Source: Tubiluchus corallicola (lineage: Eukaryota > Animalia > Priapulida). From it: a DNA stretch of 64,000 nucleotides. Location of the stretch: assembly GCA_030141605.1 (NCBI GenBank), contig JAQGDQ010000048.1, forward strand, positions 817,466 to 881,465. The letters are read 5' to 3'. Made by a program: the position numbers and the translations under genes. The notes under the pieces are model-generated. The model had not been told where the DNA came from. It searched no databases and saw only the letters and a list, made by a program, of their open reading frames with translations. This document shows, in pieces, positions 26,801-38,507 of this stretch; the first letter of the stretch is position 1, and each line of letters starts with the position of its first letter.

Positions 26801-27168
26801 GATCATAGCTAATAAAGATCTTATTATGAAATATTGCTCTTTAGAATAGCATATAGTTATTTTTAAATGACCGTAAACATTTTGTACTTTTAATGTTGCT
26901 CTATACGTCTGTACACGGTTTCGCAAATTTACGAAGTTTTTGATCTTTTTTAATTAGTGACTCGTGTACAAAATAATTTTGTATGTCAGTGTATGTATTG
27001 TGTAGTACATTGATGGTTTCCTCAGTCGTCCAGTTAATTGTGTGTTAACTAATAATTAATTAATTGCCTACTGGCGAATCGAAAGTAGTTTTGTAATTTT
27101 CGTCAGTACTAAAATCAGCAAATTTGATTTCATTATTTTGTTCTACATATAATTTTTGTCTATTTCAG

Positions 27169-27252
27169 GTCCTACTGCCTATAGTCCAGATGGGGCAGAT
27201 ATGGGATACCCTGGTATGATGGATAGCCAACACCCTATGCACCTCAGGCACG
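27169..27252 (+). CDS. Meis: Meis paralogue A, penultimate exon (GPTAYSPDGADMGYPGMMDSQHPMHLRH)
   Basis: Acceptor tatttcag, donor GTAAGC at 27253; 84 nt, phase 1-1. AYSPDG..MG..MD.Q..M motif of the Meis C-terminal region; paralogous exon at 37419-37508. Confidence 0.93.
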
Positions 27253-27954
27253 GTAAGCAAAAGATTTTTAAACTTCAGTTAATTTACATTCACGAAACTA
27301 CTGTGAATCAACATTTTTGTTGCAACAGACAACACTTCTGCTCTATTGGCCTATTAGCAGTGATCATTTTGTTGACTGTATAAGCACAATATGTCGTGAC
27401 ATTTCTTAAGCATAATATGGAGATTTCTAAACTGACTTCCATTTAACGCTTAGCAAAAACCGTGTTATAGGAATTTTTGGTTTATAAGCATTATGACACA
27501 TCGTAGTGGAGACACTTTTTTAAGCACGTTATATATTGGACTTCTTGTCGACACTTTATCTTAATTTTCGATAAGAACCGAAAAGACAGTGATAACCGAT
27601 CAAGATCAAGATCCGATCAAGTTGTTACTCTTGTCTTGGGGATAACAAAGGACGAAGTTGCTCTTGTGCAGGAGATAACCCAAGTGATAGTTGCATGGAG
27701 ACTGCTACAGAATACTCGTGCAACGCCTAGTATTGTGTAGGAAAAGCGAATTATATACAGTATTTATTAAGTTTTTACTAATTCAATATAAGCTGAAAGG
27801 AATTCTTTCTTTTGTAACATTTTAATAAACAGTCATCAAAGTGTGGTTCTTTTTGTAGTTTGACAAGGACAAGATAGACTGTGCCTTCAACTCCTTGATA
27901 AGATGGCAATGACAATGAAATAAGATGTCTAATAATTTTGTCTTGTTTTTGCAG

Positions 27955-28199
27955 GTATGTATGGGGCTCCGGTGCCAGCGGGTCACCATGACGCAATGGG
28001 ACCTTATGCCAGCCACTCTCCGCATTTACGAGCTCCAGTTCACTCCCAGGCAATGCTCATACCCGGTCACCCCCACCACATGATGATGGGTCACATGCCT
28101 AGTCACATGTCGCACCATGGTATGGCAGCCATGGCGTCGGCCCAGAGTCCTCCGATGCACGACCCAATGGGTCAGGTGATGGACATTCACGCCACATAG
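27955..28199 (+). CDS. Meis: Meis paralogue A, terminal coding exon (GMYGAPVPAGHH...QAMLIPGHPHHMMMGH...MGQVMDIHAT*)
   Basis: Acceptor ttttgcag ends at 27954. His/Met/Pro-rich tail ending GQVMDIHA, as in the long C-terminal Meis isoforms; TAG stop at 28197-28199. Confidence 0.94.
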
Positions 28200-29244
28200 T
28201 GGATGCTTTTTGCACATTTACGTGCTCTTAATAATAGTGTGTAAATATTTAGTAGAAATGTGTTTATACGAAATTATTGAGTGATCTAACAGCACTGACA
28301 TTCTTTTGATGGAGTGTTGAATCACAATACTGAAAAACTATCAACGATATCTGTTAAAACACCCTGTGAGAAGCTGATAATTATTTTCTGTGTGATGTTA
28401 ATAATGGAATATACTCAATGAAACAGTTCTACTTTTATGAAGGCAAAGGACTTGCTTTAAAACAACTTTGGATACTGTTTTGTAAAACCTTTGAGTACAG
28501 ATAGCAACCTGTGTGGTGCAGGTGCACACATTTAGCCTCCGTCACACAATTATTCTGAAGATAAAAATAAACTATGTATATTCTTAAGCAATTTTTCAGT
28601 CAATAATTATTTTTATCACTCTTGAAATTTAAAGTACAGACAATTTCATTGAAATCATGTTACAGTTGTCTATTATGGTTAGTTTTCTTACGTCTTGTAT
28701 ATTTATAAATACAAAAAATATATAATTATGTATGTTACTAATCCAGGGTGGGCCTGGTTTACTAATACAGGGAAGAATTATAGAAGTATTTAAAATGAAA
28801 ATATATCCTTGTATTGCTTTGTTTCGTAAATTTCTGATATTATTATTGTTTTATAAATATATTATAAATAGCACAAATAAATTGTAATTTAGAAAGTTTG
28901 CATTGTACATAAAAGGTGCTGAAATTATTATAAATAGCCTTGACATCATTTTGATTTCTGAGGTTTTTGCGTTTTTCACCTCGAATGTTGACATTATTCT
29001 CATTTTTCTTGTAGTTCAAAAAACAGGATGTACTAACAATCGTGAGTACAAATATGTTTTCTTAGGCAATGTTGTTTATCTTCTTAGGAACTTTACCATA
29101 GTTATTCCTTTTTATATAATGCTATGTAAATATTGCTTTAAGGAACAGATACTTAAGGATGTGTTAATGTGTACAACAGGGTATTCTTATTGCAGCACAT
29201 GCTTACTGAAGTTAAATATAATTGTCTAAACAATCTTCTTTATC

Positions 29245-29250
29245 AATAAA
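29245..29250 (+). terminator. Candidate polyadenylation signal of paralogue A
   Basis: AATAAA about 1.05 kb after the stop, followed by T/GT-rich sequence. Alternative AATAAA hexamers near 28566 and 28876. Confidence 0.35.
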
Positions 29251-32200
29251 ATTTTGTCTACGACTTGTATGAATTTTGCATTTTTTAAATTGGACAATAA
29301 TTTCTTTTCTGATAGTTTTACAGACTGCAATTCAAACCTCCCAACTCGAGACTTCCTGTAAACTGAATACGTTTATTCATTTTAGTGCATTTGCAAAGTA
29401 AAGAAAAACTGTGCCTGTCAGTTGTTTTTGCTATAAATTCCAAGATTCCTCTTATCAATAATTTTAAGAAAGACGATGTCTACAAAAGGGAGGTAAAAAT
29501 TTCATACTCCTCTGTTTATCTAGGTCTTGTTCTCTGGCTTCATATCTCTTATCATACCCTCAGGATCTCCAAGAATACTGTGACTTTAGTTTAGCCGTGG
29601 TGCAGTTATACTTTATTGAGGTGGGAGAAAGTTATTCCTTGCTTACGATACGTGGTGCCTGCGATACTAATACATCACTAAGATTTGTCAATCTCTATCT
29701 CTCGGAGGTTAAAGTTTGAGTTAGGACTCAATATTTGATAGGTACCATCGCGGAAGCCATGCCTAATCAATACGTGGTGCAATACTCGAAATGAACACAC
29801 AAAAACCACAATTCGTTGGTTCGCGTCTCTAAAGTGGCTTGTGACTGTGTATATCTTGCCTAGTAAGTAAGTGGTTTGGGTTTACGTTTGGAAAACTGCC
29901 TCTGGGTAGTTTCATTTGACACAGTGGCGCCTGGTATGAGTACTGTCCACCTATGAGGGAGGATGCACGTTCATTCGAACAAGGCTAAGACACATATGAC
30001 GTTCAGTGTCTCATCTTCTCATGTTAGTGTAAATGAGCTAGATTTCAGTAATAACTAATAATCTAGATAAAACAGGCGTTATCGTTGCCTGCTGGATGTC
30101 GGCTACCTTAGTGCTGAACTGCGTGAAAAGATATGTAAAAGTACGTAATATGATGCAGTTCCGAGTTAAGTCCAGGTAAGTTAACGTTGACGGTCTAATG
30201 TGATAAAAACTGTAGTTGAATTACGGACATCCAGGTAACCAAATCAAACTCTGAATGAATTTTCACAGCACGTTTGGTTTTCTTGTATAAAAGCGCTAGT
30301 ATTCATGAAACAGCTTACTGCGTGTTTTCGTGGTCACGATTGCAGAGGGTCAATCTACGCCAAACTCCATTATCTCTAGTCTCAGTTATTGGGAAACAAT
30401 CTTGAACAAGTTTGTTTCAGTGATTTAATTACTACAACGTTCCGTATTTGTATATGTTATGTGTACCCTTACCTATGCCTAAATATTATATTGATAAAAC
30501 CGATTAATGACTTTAATTTTGTTCGAATTTCCAATCACCAAGTGCCATCTTTTGGCATCAGTGTTGCAATTCAACACCGAGTAACCGACGCTTACCAAAC
30601 AAAAACAGATTGAAGTTTTCTCAAAGCTATTCCATGTTTGACTTGTGTAACTCCTAGTCTCCTGAATTTGAAGGCAAATAAAGGAACCAGCCTGTAAGCA
30701 CGGCAGATACTAGATTCTGTCCAGGCTTCAGAAGAAATTTTCATGCTTATTTTCCCAATGAATCGGATTAGAAGGGTGTTCGGGTGGGGTGGCCTAAGGA
30801 TGGAAGTGGGGTAGACTGAGCACTGCACTTTATTATTCAGATGAATCGCTGTGCGCACTCCCCAGTGGAGCGGGGAACGCTGAGTAAAAACATCTAAAGG
30901 TAAAGAGCCAACACCAGTAATGATCCGTGCATCCCAGCAACGAAAACGTGCTAAATATTGGTACAAAATTCCACATAGAAACAGCGTGACTTGCAATACC
31001 TTGACATCAACTATAATAATACTTTTACTACAAAATTCATAGACTTTAACTTCTATGATTGCACGACAGTATAAATACGTATATAGACACCATTGCAATC
31101 TAACGTAAGTATATCAGTTTTTTAGGTGGAATTAGTGATAAGAATGTTATATCCCTAGCAATAAGGAATGTTCGGGCCTATTTTGTATAGGCCCTCGAGC
31201 TCTTCGGCGATTAACAAACTGGGTCCTTTTTAGGCCCTAAGTCTATTTCTATAGCATGTATAAAAACGTGAAATTCATTTTTATATTACAATGCCAATTT
31301 CTAGCAAATAATGAAGTCAAGAACAACAGCAAAAATGGAAAAGAAGAGAAAAGAGCATAGGAAAGGAGAAATATTTCAATAGCAGTTTGCGTTTATAAAT
31401 AAAATCACTCAATTAAATATATGAACCCTCTTGTGTATTCTTAAACAAAAGCGTGCTAGATCAGACAATCACATTTTAATACCTACCATGGTTGATTTTA
31501 ACAGTTTAATTGGAAAAGGTCGTAATTGAGCAAGTAAGTGAGTGAGTGAGTAAGTGAGGGAATCACCAATTTTTTTGTAGGACTAAAGCTCATGCTTGGA
31601 AATGTCTCACTTTCGCATCACATAGAATTATATTAAAAAAGAAACTATGAACGTCTTTCTGATTGCAAGTTTTGAAATCAAATTAAGCTTTTAGAAACCA
31701 ATCAAAACAAAGCTTTGCACCTACATAACTGATTTCTTTTACACCTACATGAGTTATTTCGTCCTTATGGCTTGAAAGATGATTTCGCCGACTTGTCAAG
31801 TTAAGAAAAAAAACAGCTAACACCTAACAGCTAACGTAATACATCCACATATAGTCGAATGATCTTTAGTGTAACTTTGCAATCAGAAAAAACGCTGATA
31901 ATTTTATTAAAATATCTTCGTACACTACAGAAACACACCTGCATAAATTTTCCTATGTGTTGTAGGTCTAGATACCATGCATGGTAACTGCCTCAGACGA
32001 AAAAAATCCAAGTAATTATTATTAAATTTATGACACATCAACTTGGACATTACATGATTTTGGTAGTATCTTTACCAACTCTAAAACTGTATCATATAGC
32101 CCAGTACATATAACTTTCAAATTTCTGTTGTTTTTTAATTGCAGATTCTGATATATTGGCTGGACTGCCCTCAACGTTTTAGAACAGTAGAGCCGGTAAA

Positions 32201-33434
32201 AGATAACTCATTCATTTAGTATAGTTTTCCACATGCGCACTATAGCTGCACAAATTACAACTCGTTCCCTATTGATCTAAAAAGCGCGCTGACTCTAAAA
32301 CCCGATGATGAAGACAAATTCTTGTCATAAATAAGAGTATTCTGGCAAGTATTAATGAGACGTAGATAAATCTTTGTTACCTATGCCACTAATGACTTAC
32401 AAATTTCTCCGGCTAGCATTATTTGCATTGGATTTTGCTGAAATTACAAGCAACTGATTTATACGCGCGAAGCCAAACTGGAGTATAATGAGACGCACCG
32501 TAATTACGGTGCATAGAAAATTATAAGTTAGCGAGCAGAAAATTGAAATTTATCATCATTATCATAATTTCGGTTCGACTTAATTCCCTCTAACGAGAAA
32601 AACCGCTGCAGATTAGTACCAAGGATATTCAAATTTTTGCGCAACAATCGAAGAAGTGAACAACGCTAGCGGCTCGGTGGCGTTATCTGCGCAGGATAGA
32701 CGGCGGTGCATCATTTGGCTTCAGATATCGTTTCAATCTTCTCTGGCGCTAGGCAGCCAGCCATAGATAAAAATTGCATGTAGCAGCACTAACTCTGAGT
32801 GCACTCACTTAGATCCGTTACAATTAATTAAGTAAAAATCTTTATCTCTGGTCCAAGTGTCCGATTTAAAAAGTAAGCTGTCCTGTTAGTTTCTTGCTTT
32901 ACAACTTTTTAACTTTTAGAATTCAATATCCACAAACTGTGCAAAGTGTGCACGCCCTTCGGTGGTGAAATTGTAGCTATTTAACAACGTCCCAACTGTT
33001 GACTACGTGCTTTCTTCAATTATGAACAATTTGTAAACTCCATCACCCTGCGCCAGTTAAGTAACCACTTCCCAAAACAGAGCATTTTTTGGTCCCATTT
33101 GAGTTGTTTCTTTTTGTGTAATTACATTTGCCTGTTTGGTAATAGCAAGCCAAAACCAACAATTCTATCAGTTTCTTGACATCAGTTCAGTTAACGAAAT
33201 GACTAGTTGTGGGTCAAGTTGAGCTCACTGTGTTTTTTCAAGCACTTTTCGTCAATACTTTGGAAAAAAAGAAATGTTTGGGCTATAGACTGACTGCTAC
33301 AGAAATTTTGGAAGCTATATTTTTACAATCACAAATACCGAATAAAAGTGCGTCTATTTGAAATTTTTGCAGCCAAGCTCTTTTTGTAGTTAAGGGTGAG
33401 ATTTAAGGTGGTGACATCTGTTTATCTTTAAGAG

Positions 33435-33875
33435 TATCCAAGAATCTTCATACACAGGCAATTTTGACACAATATATATATATATTTGACACAAAACCTT
33501 ACGGACACATAGGTTATTTGGACAGATGGGTTATTTAGACACAGACAGTTCAGACAAATGACATGGATCATTTGAACGCTAGGACACAAAGTTACAAGAG
33601 GTGTTTTGGACACACAGGACAATGTGTCCAAATGACGTAAATGTCCTAATCATCTTGCATCTAAATTATTTATCTGTCCAAATAGCCTACGTGTTCAAAT
33701 AACGTACATGTCCGTTTTGCCTTGTGTTCCAAATGACTTTCCATCTTACTTTTGTCCAAATGTGTTGTATCCAAAATGCATATAATTCCAAAGGAATTTG
33801 TGTTTAAATTTCCAGTGCGCCTAAATATGACCTGTATTCAAATCACCTTGTATCCAAATGACTTACATGTGTTTT
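33435..33875. mobile_element. Decayed foldback/MITE-like element built from short sub-terminal repeats
   Basis: TTTGGACAC-like motifs repeat through the left part and their reverse complement (GTGTCCAAATGAC-like) through the right part, switching near 33620. Confidence 0.55.
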
Positions 33876-34185
33876 ACGATAAAGCATTCTGTGTAAAAAT
33901 GTCTGCTGGCAGCAGGATTTCTCACGAGGAAAACCATGAGGAAAATTCCTCACGAGGTGTATGTGTGAAATGCGTTATTAGTAGGAATGTGTTTCATTTT
34001 CGTACGCTAGTAATCCAACAAAAAATTTCCTCGAATTTTGCTCACGCGTCCTTGGCGTGAAATGGGCCTAACTGACTGCCCTGCATGTGTTCCGCATTTC
34101 TAATCCAAACTTCGCTATTCTACGAAAATATAAGCTAATGATATAACACTGCACAAAAATTCAGAGAAGTACAATAACAGGTACA

Positions 34186-34191
34186 TTTATT
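34186..34191 (-). terminator. Candidate polyadenylation signal of paralogue B
   Basis: AATAAA on the minus strand followed by TGTTATTGT...TTTTTGTG. Other candidates near 35312 and 35972. Confidence 0.25.
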
Positions 34192-36888
34192 ATTATTTTA
34201 CATGGATAAATATTAAACATCTTGCACAATAATAATGCTACGGCATAATAAATTTCATTTTTTTCGCTATGAACAACTGAAAAAAGAATACAGACTAAGG
34301 GGAGGCAGTGAGAAGTTTTTAACTGAGCTTTTACAGCAGATTCACGTAGTAAAAAGAAATCGATGCAGATTACTACATTTTCTTTTCAGGAGATCTATTT
34401 TGGAGTATCAGTAAAGGCAATGTGCTACAACAATAACAAATTACAGTTTATTTTTATGAGAGGCGCCGTTAGTTTACATAGGTTTGGTAGTAGAATTTCA
34501 AAGACGATTCATTTCGAAGTTAGATAGGCATAATCAGTATAGGTTTGGTACTTGAATTTTAAATTTAGCACTGTAGTTGCTAAAAAAATTATAAATATCT
34601 GACCTAAATCACTTTTGTAGCTCAGATTCCAATCATTTGAGTGATCGTTTTTAAATACGTCAAAATTGGGCGATGTTGCGCGGTTTTAGTTCACAAAAAA
34701 GCTTTATTTTGTGAGGTATTTGTTATTTATCTAAAGGCAGACATGCACTTCAAAAAGATTAGAATTAAAATGAACATTGATATTTTCTGCAATTTAATCT
34801 GCCAAACTTATTTGCGTTCAAAACAAAGGTGTCTTCAATGGTCTTAATCTCTTATTATATTAAGTGCAAAAAAGCTCAACGTAACAATAGTGTTTTGCGT
34901 TACTCGCTTGCGATGCAACTTTACAAGCAGACTGCCTTTGTCGTGGAGCCGTTCTCGTTTTCGTTCTCATTCACGAATGAGTTTTTGTTACGTCACAATA
35001 AAGTTACTCCGAACTTAAATTTTTACGATAAAACGGATTCTATAGCAACGCTAAATGGCAGTCTAAATAATATATTCACGAAATGGACACCACGACAACG
35101 ATAAATGGCGCTCTAACTGGCAAATCCAGGCAGTTCAGCAGAAAAAAACTCAATAAAGAAGTAACCCAGTGCTTCACATTCCAGACTAGTAAGAAAAAGC
35201 ATAAATGAATGGGTAAACCAAGCAATGCCTTTATACAGTTTAAATGTGAGTTACACTTTGTTTGTATGAATTAAAGTCAAATTTTCATGGAGATTACAGA
35301 CAGATTTCAGATTTATTATAGTAATAATTATTGCATCGCAAAATGGTGTTAACGAATTGACTGTGGATTTTAAGCCTGATAGTACTAGTACAACTAACTT
35401 CTGTAATCTAATGTGAACACAAGTTTTTCTGAGTCAACAGAAAAGTTTATAGGTGAATGTGACCTGTAATCTTTAAATTTATGCATAATGTCAAAGCACT
35501 AGCACATCTCTCAGAGATTCTTCCGTTGCAATTTATAAATTATTCTGCTTGTTCAGTAGTCTGGACCTTTAATAGTCAAATGTAGTTACATTGTAGTAGG
35601 AATGTCAGAAACCGAGGTATTTCTGTAACTTTAAAATTCCAATAACTGTCTTACAAAACTGTAACTAAGTATAGCATTTGAAGAAGTTTTAAAGAGTTGA
35701 ACAGGAATGTACACTTAATCGGATACGTGTAACAAGATTTTTCATGTCATACATAAACTATTCAGGAGTGTAAAAACATTGTGCTGACTGTCATTGCAGG
35801 AAAAAAGATAGAAAGGAAATACACATAGTCATATAGACTAATGCACAATTGACGCAATGTAAATAAAATTGGTTCTTTGTACTGTCCAAAAGAAAAATAA
35901 TTACTTAAATCATGCACGCATTCTCGAACAAAATACTGAAAATTCATTGGCTATCATTATTTATGTTGTGGTTTATTTCAAAATTATAAAATGTAAAATT
36001 AATTTTGAAATAAACTGGAATAAAATTTGATTTTAAAACGCATGCAATTGACTCCTTGCATGGCGTTAGTAATGATCGTTTGAAGTATTTATAACTAGAT
36101 GTAGACCAAATGAACAAACTTGAGCTGACCTATCCTCACTATCTTAGTACATTAAAACAATAGTTAGCAGGCATTAAGGTTTCTTAACTAACATAGTGAC
36201 ATCATTCACTGGTTTATCATATTTTTGACAGTTACAATGTAAACAACACGTAAATAAAATCTACTATGAATCACAGATAAGTTTAATTATTCAAAAAATC
36301 AGAGATTCACTCGTAAAGAAACCAAGCTTAAACAATCTTGGTGTTGACATACAAGTCGCACACTCAAATGAGAATAATGAGGGAAATCTTCGAAATGAAG
36401 CAGTAATTCCCTTTACTAGAACACAATCGTGACGATACGTTTTGCTAAACATCAATAACACTTTTCAGGTAATCAGTCGACCTTAGGTGAGATATAGTTT
36501 ATTGTTGGTGACTAGTTAATGCTAAAGTCACTGAAAGCCCACGATACAAGATTACACGTTTCTGTATTAAGACGTGCACAACTGTCTCTCTGTCAGCCTA
36601 TGTTTCGTATCACATCATTTAATCCTGAATCTGTATCTTGACGTAACAACAATCCACCCATCATGTCATGATGAAATAGGTAGAAATGTCAGCATTGCTT
36701 AGACATTTTCAGTCCTTCCTGCAAGATTCTCTGATTTACCAGTGTCACTCATATCTGATTCAGTCACTCTTCCCATGGCAGTTCTCTCCTGATGACCCAA
36801 TAGGCATCATAGTCTTTACCCAGGGTCAAGCTGTCATCGCACCAATAACCACAAAAGCATATTGACTAATTTACACTATTGCGAGCTG

Positions 36889-37124
36889 CTATGTGGCATG
36901 AATGTCCATCACCTGACCCATCGGGTCGTGCATCTGAGGACTCTGGGCCGACGCCATGGCCGCCATACCATGGTGCGACATGTGACTAGGCAAGTGTCCC
37001 ATCATCATGTGATGGGGGTGGCCGGGTATGAGCATTGCCTGCGTGTTCACTGGGTTTCGGAGATGCGGCGCATGGTGGCTGTACCCACCCATTGTGTCAT
37101 GGTGACCTCCACCACCAAACATAC
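36889..37124 (-). CDS. Meis: Meis paralogue B, terminal coding exon (GMFGGGGHHDTMG...MGQVMDIHAT*)
   Basis: Minus-strand acceptor tttttgcag (AG at 37126-37125). Aligns with 27955-28199; TAG stop at 36891-36889. Confidence 0.94.
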
Positions 37125-37418
37125 CTGCAAAAATGAGAATGTTAGTTTACTGCAAAGACAACATTATTGATTTACCAATATATAGATGCAATTTTTGGCT
37201 GCAGAAATACTTTTATTAAATTCGAAATCAAGAAGTTTGCTGTGAGTATCAATGCTTTTTTTCTCCCAAGTGTTTATTTTCTTAGCATGAAAAGACAGGC
37301 ACTTTAATATCTAGAAAGGTCGAGCGATCATTGAACTCTTTGTTTTATTATTCCTTATGTTATTTTATTTGTCTCTGGCCTCTGTAGAAGAATATACTGA
37401 GAAAAATCAAAATTTTAC

Positions 37419-37508
37419 CGTGTCGTAAATGCATTTGTTGACCGTCCATCATTCCAGCAGGATACCCCATTGCGTCCGGACCATCTGGACTGTAGGCGCC
37501 TGGAGGAC
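37419..37508 (-). CDS. Meis: Meis paralogue B, penultimate exon (GPPGAYSPDGPDAMGYPAGMMDGQQMHLRH)
   Basis: Minus-strand acceptor gtttag and donor GTAAAA at 37418; 90 nt, phase 1-1. Homologous to 27169-27252. Confidence 0.93.
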
Positions 37509-37599
37509 CTAAACCATGAAAAAGAAACTGCATTGACTTTCTTGTTTCTGTATAGCTTATTTTTTGTAATCAGTGAATATGGGCACAAAATTGCCACAT

Positions 37600-37776
<177 letters not shown>

Positions 37777-38156
37777 AGTTACAGTGCAACAATATTAGCC
37801 TCACAAAAAAATTTAGAAAAGGTTACATGGATGCCATTTTGTTCTGTCATTGAATTTAAAGCGCGGCAGCTTCTATTAGTTTAATAATTATTTTACAAGA
37901 TGGCGGTACATATACTTTAACTTAATTCACTATGTATATACATATATTGAGTATGTGGCGCCATCCACTAGCAAGAAAGGCAGAAAAACTGCTGTTATAT
38001 TTTTACATAAATTTTTGACAAAAGTTTTCAGCAATAAGGTGTGATTTCTCGGCGCAACGAGCAAAAATTTGAAAAGCAAGAAAGTACATTGATAAAAAGC
38101 ATATACAGATAAAACATAAATTACTTATTGTAATCTTAATTTCAAAATTATAATTA

Positions 38157-38507
38157 ATGATGGAACAAGCCTTCAAACTTGAAAGACAGGAAATGTGTGA
38201 AAAAGTCGGAATACAACCTGATTTGAACAAAGACCTTCTGCTTACAACAGATACAAGGCAGACGTCTTCGACCATTCGGTCACTGCATCTCCCAGTGGAC
38301 AAGGCAGTCCAATGTTCATCTCCTGCTACGGTTGGCCAGCTATGGGGATGAACTTGAATTGCCTTGACCACTGGTAGATACAGTAGCGGCTGCCTTGTAA
38401 GCAGAAGGTCCCTGGCTCAAATCTAGGCTGTCTCCCAACCTTTTTCACATTTCCTGTCTTTCAAGTTTGGAATCAAAACTTAATTAATTGTGGGTTTATT
38501 CCATCAT
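38157..38507. mobile_element. Palindromic non-autonomous element (MITE/foldback-like) with a tRNA-like segment in each arm
   Basis: Termini ATGATGGAACAAGCC and GGGTTTATTCCATCAT. Arms share CAAACTTGAAAGACAGGAAATGTG, GACCTTCTGCTTACAA and CCAGTGG.CAAGGCA as reverse complements. B-box-like GGCTCAAATCT at 38414. Confidence 0.75.

Noticed and set aside
28026-28217. Antisense ORFs over both terminal exons (28026-28217 minus and 36862-37170 plus) that resemble each other
   Set aside because: They are shadows of the near-identical His/Met-rich sense tract; their similarity follows from the sense-strand similarity.
30592-31098. 168-aa ORF in the spacer between the two genes
   Set aside because: No recognisable domain or convincing exon boundaries. 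Possibly a decayed transposon, which I cannot support without a search.
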